Part shown: positions 53,766 to 64,000 of the stretch, piece after piece | How positions within the stretch are numbered: the stretch's first letter is position 1 | How the letters are laid out: every line of letters starts with the position of its first letter | NCBI RefSeq assembly: GCF_963676685.1 | Contig: NC_092350.1 | Location: forward strand, 31,682,001 to 31,746,000 | Direction: 5' to 3' | DNA length: 64,000 nucleotides | DNA from: Mytilus edulis | Lineage: Eukaryota | The notes under the pieces: generated by a model | The model's input: the letters and a program-made list of their open reading frames with translations, nothing else | Databases searched by the model: none | Told to the model about the DNA's origin: nothing | Translations under genes and position numbers: made by a program

Positions 53766-56700
53766 GTGAGCTAACTTCGGTTGTTTTTAGAGGAGTGCAT
53801 TAACTGAATGATTTCTTAGTTATTGCACTCTCCGGTCTAGCCGAAAGTTTTGTTTGAAAAGCGAAGAATTGGAGGAGTTTTAGCCAGTGCTCGAACTTCT
53901 ATCTCAAAAGTTGTTAATGCACAGTCTGGCTCCGCCCCCTTCAGTGAAGTAGTTATTAATGAAAGAATAAAATAAAATGAAATAGAATAAACTATAAATT
54001 TTCTTACAGTATTTTGCTTGGATACCTGTTTAATTGTGTCAAAATTAATTATATTTAAAAAAAAAATATATGTCACTGGATATTTAGGTCTATATCAGTG
54101 AATAAATCATGCTTCAAATTTTTGTCTCTGGACCTAAAACATATTCAACTCGTAACCATTGCAACCAGTTGGCCAATATTTTTCCAGTTCTTGGGAATAG
54201 AAAAAGCTTACAAGAGAGGTATTGGCAGAGACATATAATAAAATAATAATATAATTGTTTTAAAAATAAAATTTTCTTCTTTTCTCAGTCTTCTTTCAAC
54301 TGATTCAGATATACACAATGAAGTAGTACGCCACTACTTGATTTGACATATTGAAAAGTACCCTTTCTTTAACCGAATTATTTCCAAAATACCAGACTTC
54401 ACTCCAATAAATCATTATACAGATGCTCAATATACATATTTTATTGTTTGCAGTAAGAACGACAACTCTCTCGCAACGAGACTAATTCGTAAAAGACGTG
54501 CTATATATAAAAAATACCCAGCGCAAGAACGCAGCAAAGCAAAAGTCGGCCTTGAACACTTTCTGCTGACTGCTGTTCAAATTTACTTCAGAGTAAATTT
54601 CTGCTAGACTTGTAATGTGCGTATTGTTATGCGTTTACTTTAATACATTAGCTAGAGGTATAGGGGGAGGGTTGACATCTCATAAAACCCCGCCGCAATT
54701 TTGCGCCTATCCCAAGTCATGAGCCCGTCTGGTCTTTGTTAGTCTTGTATGATTTTTTATTTTAAAGTTTCTTGTGTTTAATTCGGAGTTTAGTATGACG
54801 TCCATTATCACTGAACTATAGTGCCTAACAAGATTTTGTGAGGTAGACGAAATTGACTTTAAAACGATCGTATTGACTTTTGATGTGCAGAAATAGGCAG
54901 ATCGGACATATGTTGACTTTAGTTACTTACTTCTTAAGTTTGGGATTAATTGTAATCAATATATTCCAATGAGACTGAAAAATGCCTTTTTTTATTATGA
55001 TAAATAATAATTTTACCTGCCGTAGTCGTGCGTAAAATATATTTCGGTATTTCTATTACGAAAATGACTTGTTTAATGGAACAAAACGTATTATTTGTAA
55101 ACTTTCTCTTTACTCTTCACAATAGGCTTTTAAAAAATAACCTTTCAACTGTATATTCCGAAAATTTTGTGAAAATCGAATAAGTGGCAATTCTTACCTT
55201 TCATACCTTAACTTTCATTGATAAAACATAATATTGACTCGTCCAGTGTCCAGTTTGAAGGTCATTTTAGTTACCGTACACATTCATGCACGTTCTAATT
55301 AATCAATAGTCGTGTATGAAAAGCATAAACAAGTTTGAAGGTAAACTAATAACAACTTAATCCAATCAAATTGCCTACGATTCAATAACAATGACCAGTC
55401 CACATCATAAAAATGTATAGGGGTAAACTGGGTAGGGAGAAAATGTCAGATATATTAAGTTCATTATTTTGCAATAACGAGTAAAAATTTGTTAACCAAT
55501 AGATTTGTTATAATTTCATAAACATGTCGTTATGTATTGGTATAGTTTTTGGATCTTTCATTAGCGTATTTAAGGCTGTAGAAAGTTTGGCCTTCAAAAG
55601 TCAACATAATCATTGACTATATAAAGAAAATTTGCCTTTTTAAAACATTTAATGTTTCACAAATAATACGCGCCAACAAAGCAAAATCATTTCTTAAAAC
55701 ACTGCAAAAAAAATAATTCTGATTGATGCAGTGGTATTGTCATAAATTGCACTGGAGTGAACACTGGTACATCAAACGTCGAATTCCCTCACACAATGTT
55801 ATCACACACTATAGTATACATATTTTTTAAGGGACCAGCTGAAGGACGCCTCCCGGTGCGGGAGTTTCTCGCTACATTGAAGACCCATTGGTGGCCTTCG
55901 GCTGTTGTCTGCTCTATGGTCGGGTTGTTGTCGCTTTGACACATTCCCCATTTCCTTTCTCAATTTTAATTTAGACCTTCAATCATGTAAGAAGGTATAC
56001 GGTTTTAACAGTCTACAATTAAGACCTATTAACATATATACTTTTTAAATTGTTATTTGTATGGAGAGTTGTCTCATTGGCACTCACACCACATCTTCCT
56101 ATATCTATTTGTTTTTTATATAGCAAATTGTCACACTCAGAAGGGCTTTTTTTCCATTTAAATTTAGCCTTTTTCAATGGTCTGAAAATGTGATTGCCAC
56201 ATCAAATGAGTATCAAATCTCAAATTATCCAATTTATAAAGAATTTTATAGAACATGCAAGCATATTTGTTCAATGCAAAAAAAAATGGATAATTAATTA
56301 AGAAAAATAATATGCAATGCCTATCCAGACACTCATTTACTGATTTCTCTGTGAAATGAAAAAAAAAAACTGAAGTCCCAATTTCAGATATTATCTAATG
56401 AAACCAGGAGGCTAGTTCAATGAACGCTACTGTCAACGCTACTGTTACATGTCAGTTGTTTTCAAATGTTTAGGTTTTATCATTTGTAATGATAGTTAAA
56501 TGTAATTTCGACTCACTGTTTTCATTCTCTTCATTTTAGTAGCTGGATCTCAGCTACTTTATTTCCAAAAGTAATTTTTCTTTGCGTGCGACGCCTTCTT
56601 TGGTTTGGCTGTTTTTCATACGAACTTTGCAATATATGTAATAGAAATGGCAATCGTTTGAACAAAATTTTTATTTGAAGTTTGGGTGCAAAAAAATTTC

Positions 56701-59237
56701 ATTAAGTTGATTACAAGATAGTTTTACAGTGAAGAATTGATTTGTGGATGTGTGTGGCTTAGGTTTCAAGAGAAACACATGGTCACTGAAAAGATCGGAA
56801 TTAACATTTTAAGTTTTAGGACAGGGTTGTATATCAAGGGGGATAAATCCTATAAACTGTAATTACATGAAACCATGCAAGTCAGATTTTCGAATATTTC
56901 ATCCTACTGTTTTTGTGTGTATTTTTTGTTATTTGGACAAGTTTGAATTGATAACATTTCTTTGATAATTTCTGCTAAACTTATAATATACATATTTTTT
57001 TAACACTTGAACGATCAATAAAACAGCTGAAGTAATACTGTAATATCAGATAGCCGACCAGTCTCAAATCAATGTATGATCTTGACGGCAAAGTGTCAAA
57101 ACAATTTCGAAATTTTGTACCTTCTAATCAACGTCGAATTTGTTGTTATGAATTATCTAAACAACTCCGATACAAGTCACTTCGAATACATTGATGTTCA
57201 ATAGGATTTAATAATGTCCACCTAATTAGCTAGGTTTGTGTCATATTGTGCTTTGAGTATATATTTATAGTGATATATCAAGGATTTGTATAGTATTACC
57301 ATACAAATCTTTGGTGATAATTTTTACTTCAATGTTGCATAAATATACTTTGTTCCTTGTTGAATGTCATAGGGTGACCTATTATGGTTAGGTAACTGGT
57401 TCTAAGGCATTTTGTCTCTATTTGAGATTTGTCTTCATTAGAAATCATAGAGTTGACTTATGTAAAGTCATAAACGGCAAAGACAGAAACTCCAAACCAC
57501 GAAGTATAGCAAATCAAATAAAATAAAAGGACTGACAGTCAAATTAACAAAATAAGGCTAGGCTCAATTTGCTATCATGGTTAAGATAAGTGAATAACGG
57601 TTGTATGTGGCCAGCGTCATGATAAAATAAGTGTAGTTTTATATTGGCAACTGATGTTTGGAACATATAAAGCAAATGAAGGACCCCAATTTACTGGTCT
57701 GGTCCTTTGCTTTGACTTTGGTGACTTCTCTTCGAGCTAAGTGTCGACACAACCATATTTAATTTCTTATTTCTTTAGCTCTTTTACTTTATTCAAGTAT
57801 CCGTCATCATGACATATACATTGATTTAAAAATCCTACTCATCATATCTGTCTATTGAGTACAAAACACGGGTCATATTGAAATATTTGCGTCTCGTGTT
57901 GCAGGTACTTAACTGTTGACTTTTTTTGCGTTTTTCAAATGACTACCAACTAGGTAACAGATTGTTTTTTAGACACACAAAGAAAGAAGTCGGTAACCAT
58001 ACAGTCTACTTTGAAAGATAGAACTCTGATTTCGTTAAACTCCATATGAAATCAGAGTTCTATATTCTAATTAGACTGATAAAATTCCACAAGATCATCC
58101 ATTTAGTAATACCAAGGAATTGTAAATATACAATTCCTTGGTAATACGTACCTGTTACTTCAACTTTATTCTTTTTCTAATATTTTCATTGGTTCCTTTT
58201 TCTATGGATTTTTTTTAAAAGTTCTCTTTTGCCATGATTGGTTTCGTTTCTCAATTGTTTGGCACTTATGAAAGATGAGTTTATTATAGGCACTCGTAAA
58301 AAATGATCGTTGTAAGTCTCGTAGTTCAGTTATCAATCGTTGCATCATTCTTTATGTATGCTATATAAATATTTGGGACCAGAAAGGTATTCTGTCAGAG
58401 ATTATAGCGTATGTCTTAACTATATAATTGGGGTTGAGTTAACAAATCTATGTCATTCCTCTTCTCTGAAAGTTCTCATGTATTTTGGTATCCTAAGAAG
58501 TTATCTATATAGAATAAGAAAATGTGGTATGATTGCCGCTGATACCTTAACGTGACAGATCTGATTTTTCCCCACCAGGGACTTTCAATACTAACTTTAG
58601 TATAGAAAGTCCCTGGTCAAACTGGTCGAATAAAGTGATTTTTTTCCATTTAAAATGGAATTCAGTAAGATATTTAAAGTATTTTTCTGTATGAGTAATA
58701 CATTTTGGAGATTTTTTTCTGTCAACTAAAATCTGAAGAAATATGTCATTACATATATCATACCACTGTGAAATCTATTATCACAGATATCTTTAACAAC
58801 TAAAGTCGGAAACTGAATGCCACCGGAGTCGCAACAAAGAAATGATTCCGGTTATAAAAACTTACTCACATAACTTGATGCCCAGTTACAGGAGGCTGAA
58901 ACTTCTCATGCGATAACAAAATTTTAATGATATATTGTATCATATGTCTCTGCCTTAACACTAAGTTATAGTAATCATGCATGGCTTAACGAACTTGAAC
59001 TTCTAATGCTAAATGCAAGCTATAAAGTTTGCCCCATCATTTATATCAGCATGAATGTCCCTTTGTTATCTTTTGCCTTTCTTTTTCAGTAACACAGAAA
59101 AACTGTTGTTGCCTTAATTTACTTACACTTGTTTCAATAAACAAAGACATGATTTAGACAATTATCTATCAACATTATTTGAGTGCTGATCATATTTCGA
59201 ATTTCTGTGAATTACATTTCTCGCCCGCTCGTACATG

Positions 59238-60813
59238 ACTCACAGACCTATATCAAACATCATTGAACACTGGTGAAGTCCCGCAAGATTGGAGAGATGC
59301 CAATGTAGTTCCACTTTTTAAAAAAGACGAAAGGCACCTAGCATCTAACTACAGACCAGTATCTCTAACTTCCATCACATGTAAGGTCTTAGAACATATT
59401 GTACATAGCAACATCATGGACCACTTTGACAAAAATAAAATACTAACTGATGCACAACACGGATTCCGCAAAAGACGATCATGCGAATCCCAACTAATCG
59501 TAACCATCAACGACATTGCATCGAAATTAAAAAGTAGCGGCCAAGTAGACATCATCCTGCTTGACTTTGCAAAAGCATTTGACAAGGTACCACATCACCG
59601 CCTCCTACACAAGTTGGAATACTACGGCGTCAACCCCAAAACCAATAAATGGATTCGCTCCTTCCTACATAACAGAAAACAGAGCGTGATATTAGAGGGT
59701 GCCGTCTCTTCACAAGTACCAGTACTCTCTGGTGTACCCCAAGGCACAGTCCTTGGTCCATTACTGTTCCTGGCCTACATTAATGACATGCCAGAAACAG
59801 CATCTACATCAGAGACCAAATTGTTCGCGGATGACAGCCTTCTCTTTCGTACCATCACCAACCAAGCTGACAGTGAACTTCTACAAAAGGACTTAACAGC
59901 ATTGGAAGACTGGGAAAACAAATGGCAGATGAGTTTTAATGCCAAAAAATGCCTTGTCATTAGAATATCCCCCAAAAATAGACCAGTGATACAAACATCG
60001 TACCATCTTCACGGTCATACTCTAGACACAGAGGAAGCAAGTAAATATCTTGGAGTAACCATCAGCAACAACCTAACATGGGATAAACACATAGACAATA
60101 CAGTAGGCAAAGGAAACAGAACGTTGGGGTTTATACGTAGAAACCTCAAAGGCTGTACAAAACCTGTAAAAGCAGCTGCATATGTGTCCATGGTAAGACC
60201 TGCAGTGGAATATGCAAGCACAGTATGGGACCCAACCGCCCAAAATAAAATCAAGGCAATTGAACAGGTGCAGAAAAGAGCAGCACGATTTGTGAATAAC
60301 AACTACACAGACCGAACACCTGGCTGTGTCACAAATATGGTTAAAAATCTAAAGTGGGAAAGCCTCGAAGAACGGAGGAAAACAAATAGATTGTGCATGC
60401 TATTCAAGATCCAGCATGAACTTATAGATATAGACCGTCACCAATATTTGACCCCGAATGATAACCGGACCAGAGGTAAAAACCGCTTCTTCCAAGAAAG
60501 AACAAGTACAGACACCTATGGCCAATCTTTCTTCCCGAGGACAATCAGGGACTGGAACAACCTACCAACAACAGTTACAGCGACCAACACCGTTGAGGGA
60601 TTCAGAGCTGCCCTGAAGGCATGCTCTGAAAGGAAGTAGGAAAACCAGTTGTAAATAATTTTAATTGTATATTTTTTTGCGAACGTTTTAAATGTAATTT
60701 GTAAATAGCCAAGAGAAATCTTTCTGTGTTGCCCGACACTGCGTAAAGTTTTCGCGCGGAACCATTAACATTCAGCAATGAATCCGGTTCCTTACCTGGA
60801 AGAAGAAGAAGAA
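59238..60813 (+). mobile_element. 5'-truncated CR1-group non-LTR retrotransposon (RT domain intact) with a (GAA)n tail
   Basis: ORF 59263-60639: NYRPVSLTS, QHGFRK.RSC, LDFAKAFDKV, GVPQGTVLGPLLF, LFADD, FFPRTIRDWN; endonuclease missing; GAAGAAGAAGAAGAA at 60799-60813. Confidence 0.93.
59263..60639 (+). CDS. Reverse transcriptase (partial ORF2 of the LINE)
   Basis: 458-aa open frame with canonical RT motifs; no ATG start, 5'-truncated. Confidence 0.8.
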   Translation: MNTGEVPQDWRDANVVPLFKKDERHLASNYRPVSLTSITCKVLEHIVHSNIMDHFDKNKILTDAQHGFRKRRSCESQLIVTINDIASKLKSSGQVDIILLDFAKAFDKVPHHRLLHKLEYYGVNPKTNKWIRSFLHNRKQSVILEGAVSSQVPVLSGVPQGTVLGPLLFLAYINDMPETASTSETKLFADDSLLFRTITNQADSELLQKDLTALEDWENKWQMSFNAKKCLVIRISPKNRPVIQTSYHLHGHTLDTEEASKYLGVTISNNLTWDKHIDNTVGKGNRTLGFIRRNLKGCTKPVKAAAYVSMVRPAVEYASTVWDPTAQNKIKAIEQVQKRAARFVNNNYTDRTPGCVTNMVKNLKWESLEERRKTNRLCMLFKIQHELIDIDRHQYLTPNDNRTRGKNRFFQERTSTDTYGQSFFPRTIRDWNNLPTTVTATNTVEGFRAALKACSERK

Positions 60814-60823
60814 GGCTATTTAC

Positions 60824-61210
60824 CATAGTGGGCCTCTTTTCAATAGAGTTGTCTTCTCTTTCAACTTTCAGTTTCGCTTTCACCTTTGTCAAGAAATGTA
60901 AAATATCTTCCGTTTAAAACTATATTTTGTAATATTAAAGAAACAATCTAACGCTAATCAGTTTTTTTTAATGCTGATTTTACAACTGTGCCTGTTTTTA
61001 CTGCCTAAATCTTTATTTTATATCTGATAAACAAAGTCTCCTGTGCGCACTTAATCGCGCGCAAGGAATTATGAAAATCGCCATATTGGTATGTTGTTTT
61101 GGTTGACACTAAGAAGATTGTGAAAGAAAGACATTTATTGAAAGTGACAAACTGGAGAAGATACCCGAATATTTAAGGGACACTATGGATTGGTTTATGG
61201 GGTAGGTTTG
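60824..61210. promoter_or_regulatory. Candidate bidirectional promoter/first exons (minus: sirtuin candidate exon ending ATG|GTAAAT; plus: unknown downstream transcript), with an ISRE-like motif
   Basis: CpG cluster (gcgcac..cgcgcgc), YY1-like CGCCAT near 61079, ETS CGGAAG on - near 60912, tandem GAAA motif 60859-60881 on -, + donor GTAGGT near 61202. Confidence 0.4.
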
Positions 61211-62290
61211 TTCAAATATTGACATTTAACGCATCCTGACGAGAGGCTAAAATAGAACAGCAAACTGATGAAGCGTTCTAGATCTGCAGCCAATTACAAA
61301 AGAGCCGGCTTTTTATCTTATTTTTTACCTTGAAACATGTGTAATGATTAAAAATAATCAACATTCTTCAGTCAGATGATGTTAGATAATCGTTTGTTTA
61401 TCCTTCTTCAAGTTGAACAAAATCCATGATGATTCTAAATTTAAAGAAATATATCTGGTCTGATAAAGTAATTATTTTATTATCAAATAATTCATCTTTG
61501 GAATTAAAAAGCTGAACTCTCAAATAACTAGTTGTATTGGTCTTAATCCTATTGTTTGGTCCCATAATTTCTGCAAGGTTGCTAGCCTTCAAAGTTTAGG
61601 TACTAGCAGCTGAAAATTATATAATTACATATTTGAAAGTTGTCCTCTATAGAGTATCATCTACTGATCTAGTCAAAGTATACTTATATAATTAGGTTAA
61701 TTAGATTGTCTAGATCTTTATTTATATTAACAGACTCATTACATACATGTATAATTCACAGACAGGTTTAAAAAAAATCTTTTTTGTCCTAAACTCAGAA
61801 TTGACATAAAAAATCAACAGGGTTTACAGCAGACTATTCAGTGTACATGTATTAGAATATGGTACTCCTTCACCTTTTCATATTAAGCAAAACTTGAATT
61901 TCCTGGGTAAACCTCAAATATTTAGATGTTATTATTATGAAGTTTGAATAAGATATGAATAACATGTACAATTATATAAACAGCCAGATGATACATTTCA
62001 ATTCATGAACATGATGAATTTAGAAGTACATTGTATTGCAAAAAGGTTTTATAGGTTTATTTATGCTGATCCAGGAGAGTTATGTCCCTTGGTCACTTTT
62101 AATGAGATGTTGAAGGTTTGTTAATGATTTCACTAAATATACATATACTTTACAGTTATCGATACTGTTCAAGGATATGCCCTTTATTATCATCATTGAC
62201 ATTTTTGTTCATTTTGTGGAGAGAAATGTTGACATTGACTAAAAAGTGGATCATAAATTTACAACAAGAGTTGTTGCAAATAGATTTGGA

Positions 62291-62502
62291 TCAGGTGAAA
62301 GTCTTTGGTCAAGGTAGTTTTTGATGAAGTTAAAGTCCAATCACCTTGAAACTTAGTACACATGTTCCCTATGAAATGGTCTTTCTATTGTAAATGCCAA
62401 ATTAAAATTTTGACCCCAATTCCAAGGTCCACTGAACATAGAAAATGATAACGCAAGTGGGGCATCCTTGTACAAAAAAATGAAATATGGACACATTCTT
62501 GT
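62291..62502 (-). mobile_element. HINE-like family A fragment
   Basis: Core GGTCAAGGTAGTTTTTGATGAAG...GTGGGGCATCC...ACATTCTTG. Confidence 0.7.
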
Positions 62503-62715
62503 ATCTTGTAATTTCTATGACAAAATGTGCAGGTAAATATACCACCAAAAGTTTGTGGTTCTCAGTAGCATTTTACCATTAGGAAAGTTTTACCTTCTTG
62601 TTTTATTCTCAAAAATCAAGTGTTTACAATTCAAGTAATAATGATGCATATATACATTTAGGGGCATGACTGTTTCCAACACAAACAAGCGAATTTCTTG
62701 CTTTGCTGTCATACT

Positions 62716-62869
62716 CCTATTGACATCTTACTTTATTTTTCTTGTATCTTCTTAACAAGATATTACAGACATGTCAGTTGTAAATATCAGCCTATTGACA
62801 TCTTACTTTATTTTTCTTGTATCTTTTTAACAAGATATTACAGACATGTCAGTTGTAAATATCAGCCTA
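62716..62869 (+). repeat. Near-perfect tandem duplication, 2 x 75 bp
   Basis: Units 62716-62790 and 62791-62865 differ by one base. Confidence 0.9.
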
Positions 62870-64000
62870 CAATACTGAGCTACAATACCACATTAAATGC
62901 ATTTATTTAAATAGCTGGATAATATTACAAAAAGAATTTCAACAAGGGAAGCATGCTGATTTCTACTGTGTTTGTTCAAAAATGGCAAATTATGAAGATG
63001 TCTTGCTTGGAATTAAACTTGAGGATGGTTTGTTTTTATAAAACATATTTTTATTTTAGCTCTTATTTCTGACTATACACCTATAATTCCAATCAATACT
63101 CTTCATATGTTACTTTCTTTTAACTGTGAAAACTATGAATTTTGCAAAACATGCTTAACAGATGTGATTTCATCATTTCAAGTGCACATTTTTTATGTGA
63201 AGATGTTTTCTTTTTTTCGATCACATCATCAAATAGTACTTTTGATAAATATATGATCTAAATAAATTAGATATATAATGAGACTTTTTAATCCATAGTA
63301 TCAAGAAAAAACAGATTCATTTAGAAATTATTCATTGACATTTGTTGATGCCAATACTTTGATATAAATGAGAAGTTAATCTCACATTAGCATTAGATCA
63401 TGCAGATTTGGACTATTCAATATATGAAGGGAGAGATGTTGAACAATTACCAATCAGATGACAATCCACCAAAGATCAAAAAGAAGATATGATAGAGAAT
63501 GACAACTCATTTTCCATGTACATGTATGAATGCATTTGTGTGTATAGCTACATGCACATGTACAATGTATATGCATACTTTTCACTTTTGAAATTTTAGA
63601 ATTTACATTTCCTTTCCTGTTATGGTACATGTAGCTAATGAACATTGGTGTTATTGCTAAACATGAGGGGGGAATGCATGAACACTTTTTACAGCAAAAT
63701 ATTATCAAGATTTTAGATATTCAAAAATTCAAATGACTGTTTATTGGAGTTATTGCCCTTAAAGCTACTTTGTACTAATTATTTGCATATTTTTTCGAAA
63801 AACCTTTACCTTCAAAAGGTCTGAAATTTAAACCAAACTTAACTTTAGTTAAGAGGAACACAACATAGTTTGTATGGGTTTTTTGAGAATGAGAATTATA
63901 TTCCAGTTTGTCTATCTACATGTACATGTAGTAAGTAAAAATTTAGCATATATATGGTTAAAATGCAAGTCTAATATCTTGCAAACTGTTTAGGATAGAA

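Overview
AT-rich eukaryotic genomic DNA; the repeat families are typical of a bivalve, probably a Mytilus mussel (inference). Two intron-containing genes lie tail-to-tail. (1) A complete TYSND1 peroxisomal leader-peptide-processing serine protease on + (9 coding exons, 7133-18117, about 525 aa), with an intact His/Asp/Ser triad and its C-terminal SKL on a 14-nt terminal coding exon. (2) A SIRT3-like class I sirtuin on - (at least 9 coding exons, 38464-24200, 5' end unresolved, possibly reaching about 60900), whose catalytic domain is spliced in frame to a 653-aa low-complexity tail. The rest is intron/intergenic DNA packed with Helentron-type (HINE/pearl-like) elements, MITEs (Harbinger, hAT, piggyBac, Kolobok, Tc1/mariner), a tRNA-derived Meta-type SINE, one young 5'-truncated CR1-group LINE and two decayed LINEs. 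Main oddities: a 6x109-bp tandem array that repeats the catalytic-His exon end and its splice donor in TYSND1; the separable SKL exon; the long sirtuin tail with several phase-compatible alternative 5' exons; and an ISRE-like motif plus a LINE-supplied splice donor at the candidate sirtuin first exon. All exon structures were derived by hand from GT-AG signals, phase and recalled homology, without transcript evidence.
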